The notes under the pieces were generated by a model. The model was not told the DNA's origin. It saw only the letters and a program-made list of their open reading frames with translations, and did no database searches. Below, in pieces: positions 1 through 12,735 of a stretch of 64,000 nucleotides of DNA. Source of the DNA: Mobula hypostoma (lineage: Eukaryota). Within the stretch, counting starts at the first letter, position 1. Each line of letters opens with the position of its first letter. The stretch spans positions 202,308,001-202,372,000 of the forward strand of contig NC_086100.1 in NCBI RefSeq assembly GCF_963921235.1. The letters are read 5' to 3'. The position numbers and the translations under genes were made by a program.

Positions 1-3000
1 GAGGTACTGACCATCAGGAGTGAGATACTGACCCCCAGGAGTGAGATACCGACCCACAGGAGTGAGGTACCGACCACCAGCAGTGAGGTACCGACCCCCA
101 GGAGTGAGATACCGAGCCCCAGGAGTGAGGTATGGACCGCCAGGAGTGAGGTACCGACCGCCAGGAATGAGGTACCGACCCCCAGGAATGAGTTACTGAC
201 CCCCAGGAGTGAGATACTGACCACCAGGAGTGAGGTACTGACCCACAGGAGTGAGGTACTGACCATCGGCAGTGAGGTACTGACCATCAGGAGTGAGATA
301 CTGACCCCCAGGAGTGAGATACTGACCATCAGGAGTGGGGTATCGAACCCCAGGAGTGAGATACTGACCACCAGGAGTGAGGTACTGACCATCAGGAGTG
401 AGGTACTGACCCCCAGGAGTGAGATACTGACCACCAGGAGTGAGGTACTGACCCACAGGAGTGAGGTACTGACCCACAGGAGTGAGATACTGACCATCAG
501 GAGTGAGATACTGACCATCAAGAGTGAGATACTGACCCCCAGGAATGAGTTACTGACCTCCAGGAGTGAGGTACCGACCATCAGGAGTGAGGTACCGACC
601 TCCAGGAGTGAGGTACCGACCCCCAGGAGTGAGATACCGACCATCGGGAGTGAGATACGGAGCATCGGGAGTGAGATACTGACCACCGGGAGTGAGATAC
701 TGACCATCGGGAGTGAGATTCTGACCCCCAGGAGTGAGATACTGACCATCAGGAGTGAGGTACGGACCACCGGGAGTGAGATACTGACCACCAGGAGTGA
801 GATACTGACCCACATGAGTGAGGTACCAACCCCCAGGGGTGAGATACTGAGCCCCAGGAGTGAGATACTGACCACCGGGAGTGAGGTACTGACCACCGGG
901 AGTGAGGTACGGACTATCGGGAGTGAGATACTGACCCCCAGAAGTGAGATACTGACCACCTGGAGTGAGGTACGGACCACCAGGAGTAAGGTACGGACCA
1001 CCAGGAGTGAGATACCGACCACTAGGAGTGAGATACTGACCACCAGTAGTGAGGTACTGACCATCAGGAGTGAGGTATCGAACCCCAGGAGTGAGATACT
1101 GACTGTCAGGAGTGAGGTATCGAACCCCAGGAGTGAGGTACTGACCCCCAGGAGTGAGGTACTGACCCCCATGGGTGAGATTCTGGCCATCAGGAGTGAG
1201 ATACTGACCATCAGGAGTGCGGTACTGACCCCGAGGAGTGAGGTACTGACCATCAGGAGTGAGGTACGGACCATCAGGAGTGAGATACTGACCCACAGGA
1301 GTGAGATACTGACCACCAGTAGTGAGGTACTGACCATCAGGAGTGAGATACTGACCCCCAGGAGTGAGATACCGACCCACAGGAGTGAGGTACCGACCAC
1401 CAGCAGTGAGGTACCGACCCCCAGGAGTGAGATACCGAGCCCCAGGAGTGAGGTATGGACCGCCAGGAGTGAGGTACCGACCCCCAGGAATGAGTTACCG
1501 ACCCCCAGGAATGAGTTACTGACCCCCAGGAGTGAGATACTGACCACCAGGAGTGAGGTACTGACCCACAGGAGTGAGGTACTGACCATCGGCAGTGAGG
1601 TACTGACCATCAGGAGTGAGATACTGACCCCCAGGAGTGAGATACTGACCATCAGGAGTGAGGTATCGAACCCCAGGAGTGAGATACTGACCACCAGGAG
1701 TGAGGTACTGACCATCAGGAGTGAGGTACTGACCCACAGGATTGAGGTACTGACCCACAGGAGTGAGGTACTGACCATCAGGAGTGAGATACTGACACCC
1801 AGGAGTGAGTTACTGACCTCCAGGAGTGAGGTACCGACCATCAGGAGTGAGGTACCGACCTCCAGGAGTGAGGTACCGACCCCCAGGAGTGAGATACCGA
1901 CCATCGGGAGTGAGATACCGACCATCGGGAGTGAGATACTGACCCCCAGGAGTGAGATACGGACCATCGGGAGTGAGCTACTGACCACCGGGAGTGAGAT
2001 ACGGACCACCGGGAGTGAGGTATCGAACCCCCGGGAGTGAGGTATCGAACCCCAGGAGTGAGGTATCGACCCCCAGGAGTGAGGTACTGACCCCCAGGGG
2101 TGAGATTCTGGCCATCAGGAGTGAGATACTGACCATCAGGAGTGAGGTACCGACCCCGAGGAGTGAGGTACTGACCATCAGGAGTGAGGTACGGACCATC
2201 AGGAGTGAGATACTGACCCACAGGAGTGAGATACTGACCATCAGGTGTGAGGTACTGACCATCAGGAGTGAGATACTGACCCCCAGGAGTGAGATACCGA
2301 CCCACAGGAGTGAGGTACCGACCACCAGCAGTGAGGTACCGACCCCCAGGAGTGAGATACCGAGCCCCACGAGTGAGGTACGGACCGCCAGGAGTGAGGT
2401 ACCGACCCCCAGGAATGAGGTACCGACCCCCAGGAATGAGTTACTGACCCCCAGGAGTGAGAAACTGACCACCAGGAGTGAGGTACTGACCCACAGGAGT
2501 GAGGTACTGACCATCGGCAGTGAGGTACTGACCAAAAGGAGTGAGATACTGACCCCCAGGAGTGAGATACTGACCATCAGGAGTGAGGTATCGAACCCCA
2601 GGAGTGAGATACTGACCACCAGGAGTGAGGTACTGACCATCAGGAGTGAGGTACTGACCCCCAGGAGTGAGATACTGACCACCAGGAGTGAGGTACTGAC
2701 CCACAGGAGTGGGGTACTGACCCACAGGAGTGAGATACTGACCATCAGGAGTGAGATACTGAACCCCAGGAATGAGTTACTGACCTCCAGGAGTGAGATA
2801 CTGACCATCAGGAGTGAGGTACCGACCTCCAGGAGTGAGGTACCGACCCCCAGGAGTGAGATACCGACCATCGGGAGTGAGATACCGACCATCGGGAGTG
2901 AGATACTGACCCCCAGGAGTGAGATACGGACCATCGGGAGTGAGATACTGACCACCGGGAGTGAGATACGGACCACCGGGAGTGAGATACAAAGCATCGG

Positions 3001-3546
3001 GAGTGAGATACTGACCACCGGGAGTGAGATACTGACCATCGGGAGTGAGATACTGACCATCAGGAGTGAGGTACGGACCACCAGGAGTGAGATACTGACC
3101 ACCAGGAGTGAGATACTGACCCACATGAGTGAGGTACCAACCCCCAGGGGTGAGATACTGAGCCCCAGGGGTGAGATACTGAGCCCCAGGAGTGAGATAC
3201 TGACCACCGGGAGTGAGGTACTGACCACCGGGAGTGAGGTACGGACTATCGGGAGTGAGATACTGACCCCCAGAAGTGAGATACTGACCACCTGGTGTGA
3301 GGTACGGACCACCAGGAATAAGGTACGGACCACCAGGAGTGAGATACCGACCACTAGGAGTGAGATACCGACCACCAGTAGTGAGGTACTGACCATCAGG
3401 AGTGAGGTATCGAACCCCAGGAGTGAGATACTGACCGTCAGGAGTGAGGTACTGACCCCCAGGGGTGAGATTCTGGCCATCAGGAGTGAGATACTGACCA
3501 TCAGGTGTGAGGTACTGACCACCAGGAGTGAGATCTGACCATTAGT

Positions 3547-4107
3547 GTGTTCGTCCATCGTCAACGTCGATGAGGACCTCGACACCATTATTGATGGTGT
3601 CGAGACTAGCGCGTGACTTGGATTTAAGTGAGGGAGGGTTGCGCAGCGTCAGTCTCACTCTCTCTTCCCAATTCCCATCTGGATCCAGTGGCAAGACAGA
3701 GTCGAGACGGCAGGAGATGGGACTAGGCGCAGTGGATGACCAGGACGTCTTCTGTGTCTTGTCCTGCTCTACACGTTCCACGACGCTTGCAGAGTCCGCC
3801 TTCTTGACCGTTGGACCTTCCATTGGTCTCGTCCACTCAGTCTGCCGGAGTCTGTCTGCACATGCTGGGATAGACAACTCCCTATCTCACCGAGGGTTTG
3901 AGACCCGTCGGCTACCCTCACCTGGTTTAGCCGACTTGTCGAAGCCGTTGCCCGGGGTGTGGCCGCTGTCGCATGCAAACAGCTACGGGGAGCCACAGGT
4001 GAGAGCTGAGTGCCAGGTGGGGACCAAAGGTGGACTAACCACCTTGAAAAGGACGCGACACGTTACCTCACCAGAGGTGCTACCCCTCCCTGACACCCCA
4101 TACACCC
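3547..4107 (-). mobile_element. 561-bp non-autonomous RTE-derived retroelement (SINE-like), copy 1
   Basis: Non-satellite insert flanked by the 12-bp direct repeat CTGACCATTAGT (3535-3546, 4108-4119), which is itself part of a degenerate satellite unit. The segment ttggatttaagtgagggag...ccagtggcaagaca...gcagtggatgacc resembles the reverse complement of RTE-clade 3' ends (recognised from memory). HDV-like fold at the 5' end. No RT or endonuclease ORF. Confidence 0.8.
3914..4099 (-). ncRNA. HDV-like self-cleaving ribozyme (predicted), copy 1
   Basis: Minus-strand pairings: P1 GGGGUGU (4099-4093)/ACACCCC (3960-3954); P2 GCUCUCACCUGU/ACCAGGUGAGGGU; P3 GGC/GCC; L3 UCCCCGU plus an inserted hairpin; GGGCAAC after P1; P4 CGGCUU-cgac-AAGUCG; J4/2 GGCUAA with the catalytic-position C at 3930. 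Confidence 0.8.
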
Positions 4108-4285
4108 CTGACCATTAGTAGTGATATACTGACTCCCACGAGTGAGATACTGAGCATCAGGAGTGAGGTATTGAGCCCCAGGAGTGAGGTACTGACCACC
4201 AGGAGTGGGGTACTGACCACCAGGAGTGAGGTACTGACCACCAGGAGTGAGATACTGACCATCAGGAGTCGGGTACTGTCCATCA

Positions 4286-4426
4286 TCTGGCATAGTTTGC
4301 ATTTTGTTGTTTGATTGTTTGTGGTTTTTCTATTGCAATACTTATGCTCTATTCTTGGTTGGTGCGGCTGTAATGGAACCCAATTTCCCTCGGGATCAAT
4401 AAAGTATATCTATCTATCTATCTATC
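4286..4426 (+). mobile_element. Rex1/Babar-like LINE 3' tail fragment, copy 1
   Basis: Ends in aatttccctcgggatcaataaagta followed by (TATC)n, a typical Rex1-group 3' terminus. 5'-truncated. Confidence 0.65.
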
Positions 4427-7400
4427 AGGAGTGAGATACTGACCCCCAGGAGTAAGATACGGACCATCGGGAGTGAGATACTGACCACCGGGAGTGAGAT
4501 ACGGACCACCGGGAGTGAGATACGGAGCATCAGGAGTGAGATACTGACCACCGGGAGTGAGATACTGACCATCGGGAGTGAGATTCTGACCCCCAGGAGT
4601 GAGATACTGACCATCAGGAGTGAGGTACGGACCACCAGGAGTGAGATACTGACCACCAGGAGTGAGATACTGACCCACATGAGTGAGGTACCAACCCCCA
4701 GGGGTGAGATACTGAGCCCCAGGAGTGAGATACTGTCCACCGGGAGTGAGGTACTGACCACCGGGAGTGAGGTACGGACTACCGGGAGTGAGGTACGGAC
4801 TATCGGGAGTGAGATACTGACCCCCAGAAGTGAGATACTGATCACCTGGAGTGAGGTACGGACCAACAGGAGTAAGGTACGGACCACCAGGAGTGAGATA
4901 CCGACCACTAGGAGTGAGATACTGACCACCAGTTGTGAGGTACTGACCATCAGGAGTGAGGTATCAAACCCCAGGAGTGAGATACTGACCGTCAGGAGTG
5001 AGGTATCGAACCCCAGGAGTGAGGTACTGACCCCCAGGAGTGAGGTACTGACCCCCAGGGGTGAGATTCTGGCCATCAGGAGTGAGATACTGACCATCAG
5101 GAGTGAGGTACCGACCCCGAGGAGTGAGGTACTGACCATCAGGAGTGAGGTACGGACCATCAGGAGTGAGATACTGACCCACAGGAGTGAGATACTGACC
5201 ATCAGGTGTGAGGTACTGACCATCAGGAGTGAGATACTGACCCCCAGGAGTGAGATACCGACCCACAGGAGTGAGGTACCGACCACCAGCAGTGAGGTAC
5301 CGACCCCCAGGAGTGAGATACCGAGCTCCAGGAGTGAGGTATGGACCGCCAGGAGTGAGGTACCGACCCCCAGGAATGAGGTACCGACCCCCAGGAATGA
5401 GTTACTGACCCCCAGGAGTGAGATACTGACCACCAGGAGTGAGGTACTGACCCACAGGAGTGAGGTACTGACCATCGGCAGTGAGGTACTGACCCACAGG
5501 AGTGAGGTACTGACCATCGGCAGTGAGGTACTGACCATCAGGAGTGAGATACTGACCCCCAGGAGTGAGATACTGACCATCAGGAGTGAGGTATCGAACC
5601 CCAGGAGTGAGATACTGACCACCAGGAGTGAGGTACTGACCATCAGGAGTGAGGTACTGACCCCCAGGAGTGAGATACTGACCCACAGGATTGAGGTACT
5701 GACCCACAGGAGTGAGATACTGACCATCAGGAGTGAGATACTGACCCCCAGGAGTGAGTTACTGACCTCCAGGAGTGAGGTACCGACCATCAGGAGTGAG
5801 GTACCGACCTCCAGGAGTGAGGTACCGACCCCCAGGAGTGAGATACCGACCATCGGGAGTGAGATACCGACCATCGGGAGTGAGATACCGACCATCGGGA
5901 GTGAGATACAGACCATCGGGAGTGAGATACTGACCACCGGGAGTGAGATACGGACCACCGGGAGTGAGGTATCGAACCCCCGGGAGTGAGATACTGACCG
6001 TCAGGAGTGAGGTATCGAACCCCAGGAGAGAGGTACTGACCCCCAGGAGTGAGGTACTGAACCCCAGGGGTGAGATTCTGGCCATCAGGAGTGAGATACT
6101 GACCATCAGGAGTGAGGTACCGACCCCGAGGAGTGAGGTACTGACCATCAGGAGTGAGGTACGGACCATCAGGAGTGAGATACTGACCCACAGGAGTGAG
6201 ATACTGACCATCAGGTGTGAGGTACTGACCATCAGGAGTGAGATACTGACCCCCAGGAGTGAGATACCGACCCACAGGAGTGAGGTACCGACCACCAGCA
6301 GTGAGGTACCGACCCCCAGGAGTGAGATACCGAGCCCCAGGAGTGAGGTATGGACCGCCAGGAGTGAGGTACCGACCGCTAGGAATGAGGTACCGACCCC
6401 CAGGAATGAGTTACCGACCCCCAGGAATGAGTTACTGACCCCCAGGAGTGAGATACTGACCACCAGGAGTGAGGTACTGACCCACAGGAGTGAGGTACTG
6501 ACCATCGGCAGTGAGGTACTGACCATCAGGAGTGAGATACTGACCCCCAGGAGTGAGATACTGACCATCAGGAGTGAGGTATCGAACCCCAGGAGTGAGA
6601 TACTGACCACCAGGAGTGAGGTACTGACCATCAGGAGTGAGGTACTGACCCCCAGGAGTGAGATACTGACCACCAGGAGTGAGGTACTGACCCACAGGAG
6701 TGAGGTACTGACCCACAGGAGTGAGATACTGACCATCAGGTGTGAGGTACTGACCATCAGGAGTGAAATACTGACCCCCAGGAGTGAGATACCGACCCAC
6801 AGGAGTGAGGTACCGACCACCAGCAGTGAGGTACCGACCCCCAGGAGTGAGATACCGAGCCCCAGGAGTGAGGTATGGACCGCCAGTACCGACCACCAGG
6901 AATGAGGTACCGACCACCAGGAATGAGTTACTGACCCCCAGGAGTGAGATACTGACCACCAGGAGTGAGGTACTGACCCACAGGAGTGAAGCACTGACCA
7001 TCGACAGTGAGGTACTGACCCCCAGGAGTGAGATACTGACCATCAGGAGTGGGGTATCGAACCCCAGGGGTGAGATACTGACCAGCAGGAGTGAGGTACT
7101 GACCATCAGGAGTGAGGTACTGACCCCCAGGAGTGAGATACTGACCACCAGGAGTGAGGTACTGACCATCAGGAGTGAGGTACTGACCCACAGGAGTGAG
7201 ATACTGACCATCAGGAGTGAGATACTGACCATCAAGGGTGAGATACTGACCCCCAGGAATGAGTTACTGACCTCCAGGAGTGAGGTACTGACCATCAGGA
7301 GTGAGGTACCGACCCCCAGGAGTGAGATACCGACCATCGGGAGTGAGATACGGAGCATCGGGAGTGAGATACTGACCACCGGGAGTGACATACTGACCAT

Positions 7401-10400
7401 CGGGCGTGAGATTCTGACCCCCAGGAGTGAGATACTGACCATCAGGAGTGAGGTACGGACCACCGGGAGTGAGATACTGACCACCGGGAGTGAGATACTG
7501 ACCCACATGAGTGAGGTACCGACCCCCAGGGGTGAGATACTGAGCCCCAGGAGTGAGATACTGACCACCGGGAGTGAGGTACTGACCACCGGGAGTGAGG
7601 TACGGACTATCGGGAGTGAGATACTGACCCCCAGAAGTGAGATACTGACCACCTGGAGTGAGGTACGGACCACCAGGAGTGAGATACTGACCACCAGGAG
7701 TGAGTTACTGACCATCAGGAGTGAGGTATCGAACCCCAGGAGTGAGATACTGACCGTCAGGAGTGAGGTATCGAACCCCAGGAGTGAGGTACTGACCCCC
7801 AGGAGTGAGGTACTGTCCCCCAGGGGTGAGATTCTGGCCATCAGGAGTGAGATACTGACCATCAGGAGTGAGGTACCGACCCCGAGGAGTGAGCTACTGA
7901 CCATCAGGAGTGAGGTACGGACCATCAGGAGTGAGATACTGACCTACAGGAGTGAGATACTGACCATCAGGTGTGAGGTACTGACCATCAGGAGTGAGAT
8001 ACCGACCCACAGGAGTGAGGTACCGACCACCAGCAGTGAGGTACCGATCCCCAGGAGTGAGGTATGGACCGCCAGGAGTGAGGTACCGACCCCCAGGAAT
8101 GAGGTACCGACCCCCAGGAATGAGTTACTGACCCCCAGGAGTGAGATACTGACCACCAGGAGTGAGGCACTGACCATCGGCAGTGAGGTACTGACCCCCA
8201 GGAGTGAGATACTGACCATCAGGAGTGAGATACTGACCCCCAGGAGTGAGATACTGACCATCAGGAGTGAGGTATCGAACCCCAGGAGTGAGATACTGAC
8301 CACCAGGAGTGAGGTACTGACCATCAGGAGTGAGGTACTGACCCCCAGGAGTGAGATACTGACCACCAGGAGTGAGGTACTGACCCACAGGAGTGAGGTA
8401 CTGACCCTCAGGAGTGAGATACTGACCATCAGGTGTGAGGTACTGACAATCAGGAGTGAAATACTGACCCCCAGGAGTGAGATACCGACCCACAGGAGTG
8501 AGGTACCGACCACCAGCAGTGAGGTACCGACCCCCAGGAGTGAGATACCGAGCCCCAGGAGTGAGGTATGGACCGCCAGGAGTGAGGTACCGACCGCCAG
8601 GAATGAGGTACCGACCCCCAGGAATGAGTTACTGACCCCCAGGAGTGAGATACTGACCACCAGGAGTGAGGTACTGACCCACAGGAGTGAGGTACTGACC
8701 ATCGGCAGTGAGGTACTGACCATCAGGAGTGAGATACTGACCCCCAGGAGTGAGATACTGACCATCAGGAGTGGGGTATCGAACCCCAGGAGTGAGATAC
8801 TGACCACCAGGAGTGAGGTACTGACCATCAGGAGTGAGGTACTGACCCCCAGGAGTGAGATACTGACCACCAGGAGTGAGGTACTGACCCACAGGAGTGA
8901 GGTACAGACCCACAGGAGTGAGATACTGACCATCAGGAGTGAGATACTGACCATCAAGAGTGAGATACTGACCCCCAGGAATGAGTTACTGACCTCCAGG
9001 AGTGAGGTACCGACCATCAGGAGTGAGGTACCGACCTCCAGGAGTGAGGTACCGACCCCCAGGAGTGAGATACCGACCATCGGGAGTGAGATACGGAGCA
9101 TCGGGAGTGAGATACTGACCACCGGGAGTGAGATACTGACCATCGGGAGTGAGATACTGACCACCAGGAGTGAGATACTGACCCACATGAGTGAGGTACC
9201 AACCCCCAGGGGTGAGATACTGATCCCCAGGAGTGAGATACTGACCACCGGGAGTGAGGTACTGACCACCGGGAGTGAGGTACGGACTATCGGGAGTGAG
9301 ATACTGATCCCCAGAAGTGAGATACTGACCACCTGGAGTGAGGTACGGACCACCAGGAGTAAGGTACGGACCACCAGGAGTGAGATACCGACCACTAGGA
9401 GTGAGATACTGACCACCAGTAGTGAGGTACTGACCATCAGAGTGAGGTATCGAACCCCAGGAGTGAGATACTGACTGTCAGGAGTGAGGTATCGAACCCC
9501 AGGAGTGAGGTACTGACCCCCAGGAGTGAGGTACTGACCCCCAGGGGTGAGATTCTGGCCATCAGGAGTGAGGTACTGACCATCAGGAGTGAGGTACCGA
9601 CCCCGAGGAGTGAGGTACTGACCATCAGGAGTGAGGTACGGACCATCAGGAGTGAGATACTGACCTACAGGAGTGAGATACTGACCATCCGGTGTGAGGT
9701 ACTGACCATCAGGAGTGAGATACTGACCCCCAGGAGTGAGATACCGACCCACAGGAGTGAGGTACCGACCACCAGCAGTGAGGTACCGACCCCCAGGAGT
9801 GAGATACCGAGCCCCAGGAGTGAGGTATGGACCGCCAGGAGTGAGGTACCGACCCCCAGGAATGAGGTACCGACCCCCAGGAATGAGTTACTGACCCCCA
9901 GGAGTGAGATACTGACCACCAGGAGTGAGGTACTGACCCACAGGAGTGAGGTACTGACCATCGGCAGTGAGGTACTGACCATCAGGAGTGAGGTACTGAC
10001 CCCCAGGAGTGAGATACTGACCATCAGGAGTGAGATACTGACCACCAGGAGTGAGGTACCGACCATCAGGAGTGAGGTACCGACCTCCAGGAGTGAGGTA
10101 CCGACCCCCAGGAGTGAGATACCGACCATCGGGAGTGAGATACTGATCCCCAGGAGTGAGATACGGACCATCGGGAGTGAGATACTGACCACCGGGAGTG
10201 AGATACGGACCACCGGGAGTGAGGTATCGAACCCCCGGGAATGAGATACTGACCGTCAGGAGTGAGGTATCGAACCCCAGGAATGAGGTACTGACCCCCA
10301 GGAGTGAGGTACTGACCCCCAGGGGTGAGATTCTGGCCATCAGGAGTGAGATACTGACCATCAGGAGTGAGGTACCGACCCCGAGGAGTGAGGTACTGAC

Positions 10401-11855
10401 CATCAGGAGTGAGGTACGGACCATCAGGAGTGAGATACTGACCCACAGGAGTGAGATACTGACCATCAGGTGTGAGGTACTGACCATCAGGAGTGAGATA
10501 CTGACCCCCAGGAGTGAGATACCGACCCACAGGAGTGAGGTACCGACCACCAGCAGTGAGGTACCGACCCCCAGGAGTGAGATACCGAGCCCCAGGAGTG
10601 AGGTACGGACCCCCAGGAATGAGGTACCGACCCCCAGGAATGAGTTACTGACCCCCAGGAGTGAGATACTGACCACCAGGAGTGAGGTACTGACCCACAG
10701 GAGTGAGGTACTGACCATCGGCAGTGAGGTACTGACCATCAGGAGTGAGATACTGACCCCCAGGAGTGAGATACTGACCATCAGGAGTGAGGTATCGAAC
10801 CCCAGGAGTGAGATACTGACCACCAGGAGTGAGGTACTGACCATCAGGAGTGAGGTACTGACCCCCAGGAGTGAGATACTGACCACCAGGAGTGAGGTAC
10901 TGACCCACATTAGTGAGGTACTGACCCACAGGAGTGAGATACTGACCATCAGGAGTGAGATACTGACCCCCAGGAATGAGTTACTGACCTCCAGGAGTGA
11001 GATACTGACCATCAGGAGTGAGGTACCGACCTCCAGGAGTGAGGTACCGACCCCCAGGAGTGAGATACCGACCATCGGGAGTGAGATACCGACCATCGGG
11101 AGTGAGATACTGACCCCCAGGAGTGAGATACGGACCATCGGGAGTGAGATACTGACCACCGGGAGTGAGATACGGACCACCGGGAGTGAGATACAAAGCA
11201 TCGGGAGTGAGATACTGACCACCGGGAGTGAGATACTGACCATCGGGAGTGAGATACTGACCACCAGGAGTGAGATACTGACCCACATGAGTGAGGTACC
11301 AACCCCCAGGGGTGAGATACTGAGCCCCAGGGGTGAGATACTGAGCCCCAGGAGTGAGATACTGACCACCGGGAGTGAGGTACTAACCACCGGGAGTGAG
11401 GTACGGACTATCGGGAGTGAGATACTGACCCCCAGAAGTGAGATACTGACCACCTGGAGTGAGGTACGGACCACCAGGAATAAGGTACGGACCACCAGGA
11501 GTGAGATACCGACCACTAGGAGTGAGATACCGACCACCAGTAGTGAGGTACTGACCATCAGGAGTGAGGTATCGAACCCCAGGAGTGAGATACTGACCGT
11601 CAGGAGTGAGGTATCGAACCCCAGGAGTGAGATACTGACCCCCAGGAGTGAGGTACTGACCTCCAGGGGTGAGATTCTGGCCATCAGGAGTGAGATACTG
11701 ACCATCAGGAGTGAGGTACTGACCCCGAGGAGTGAGGTACTGACCATCAGGAGTGAGGTACGGACCATCAGGAGTGAGATACTGACCCACAGGAGTGAGA
11801 TACTGACCATCAGGTGTGAGGTACTGACCACCAGGAGTGAGATCTGACCATTAGT

Positions 11856-12416
11856 GTGTTCGTCCATCGTCAACGTCGATGAGGACCTCGACACCATTAT
11901 TGATGGTGTCGAGACTAGCGCGTGACTTGGATTTAAGTGAGGGAGAGTTGCGCAGCGTCAGTCTCACTCTCTCTTCCCAATTCCCATCTGGATCCAGTGG
12001 CAAGACAGAGTCGAGACGGCAGGAGATGGGACTAGGCGCAGTGGATGACCAGGACGTCTTCTGTGTCTTGTCCTGCTCTACACGTTCCACGACGCTTGCA
12101 GAGACCGCCTTCTTGACCGTTGGACCCTCCATTGGTCTCGTCCACTCAGTCTGCCGGAGTCTGTCTGCACATGCTGGGATAGACAACTCCCTATCTCACC
12201 GAGGGTTTGAGACCCGTCGGCTACCCTCACCTGGTTTAGCCGACTTGTCGAAGCCGTTGCCCGGGGTGTGGCCGCTGTCGCATGCAAACAGCTACGGGGA
12301 GCCACAGGTGAGAGCTGAGTGCCAGGTGGGGACCAAAGGTGGACTAACCACCTTGAAAAGGACGCGACACGTTACCTCACCAGAGGTGCTACCCCTCCCT
12401 GACACCCCATACACCC
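11856..12416 (-). mobile_element. 561-bp RTE-derived element, copy 2
   Basis: Near-identical to copy 1 (offset 8309), with the same CTGACCATTAGT flanks. Confidence 0.8.
12223..12408 (-). ncRNA. HDV-like ribozyme (predicted), copy 2
   Basis: Same sequence as 3914-4099. Confidence 0.8.
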
Positions 12417-12594
12417 CTGACCATTAGTAGTGATATACTGACTCCCACGAGTGAGATACTGAGCATCAGGAGTGAGGTATTGAGCCCCAGGAGTGAGGTA
12501 CTGACCACCAGGAGTGGGGTACTGACCACCAGGAGTGAGGTACTGACCACCAGGAGTGAGATACTGACCATCAGGAGTCGGGTACTGTCCATCA

Positions 12595-12735
12595 TCTGGC
12601 ATAGTTTGCATTTTGTTGTTTGATTGTTTGTGGTTTTTCTATTGCAATACTTATGCTCTATTCTTGGTTGGTGCGGCTGTAATGGAACCCAATTTCCCTC
12701 GGGATCAATAAAGTATATCTATCTATCTATCTATC
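12595..12735 (+). mobile_element. Rex1-like 3' tail fragment, copy 2
   Basis: Same sequence as 4286-4426. Confidence 0.65.

Noticed and set aside
3542..4118. 111-aa, 182-aa and 75-aa ORFs inside the 561-bp element
   Set aside because: No recognisable motifs. They recur only because the copies are near-identical, and the region is better explained as structured UTR RNA.
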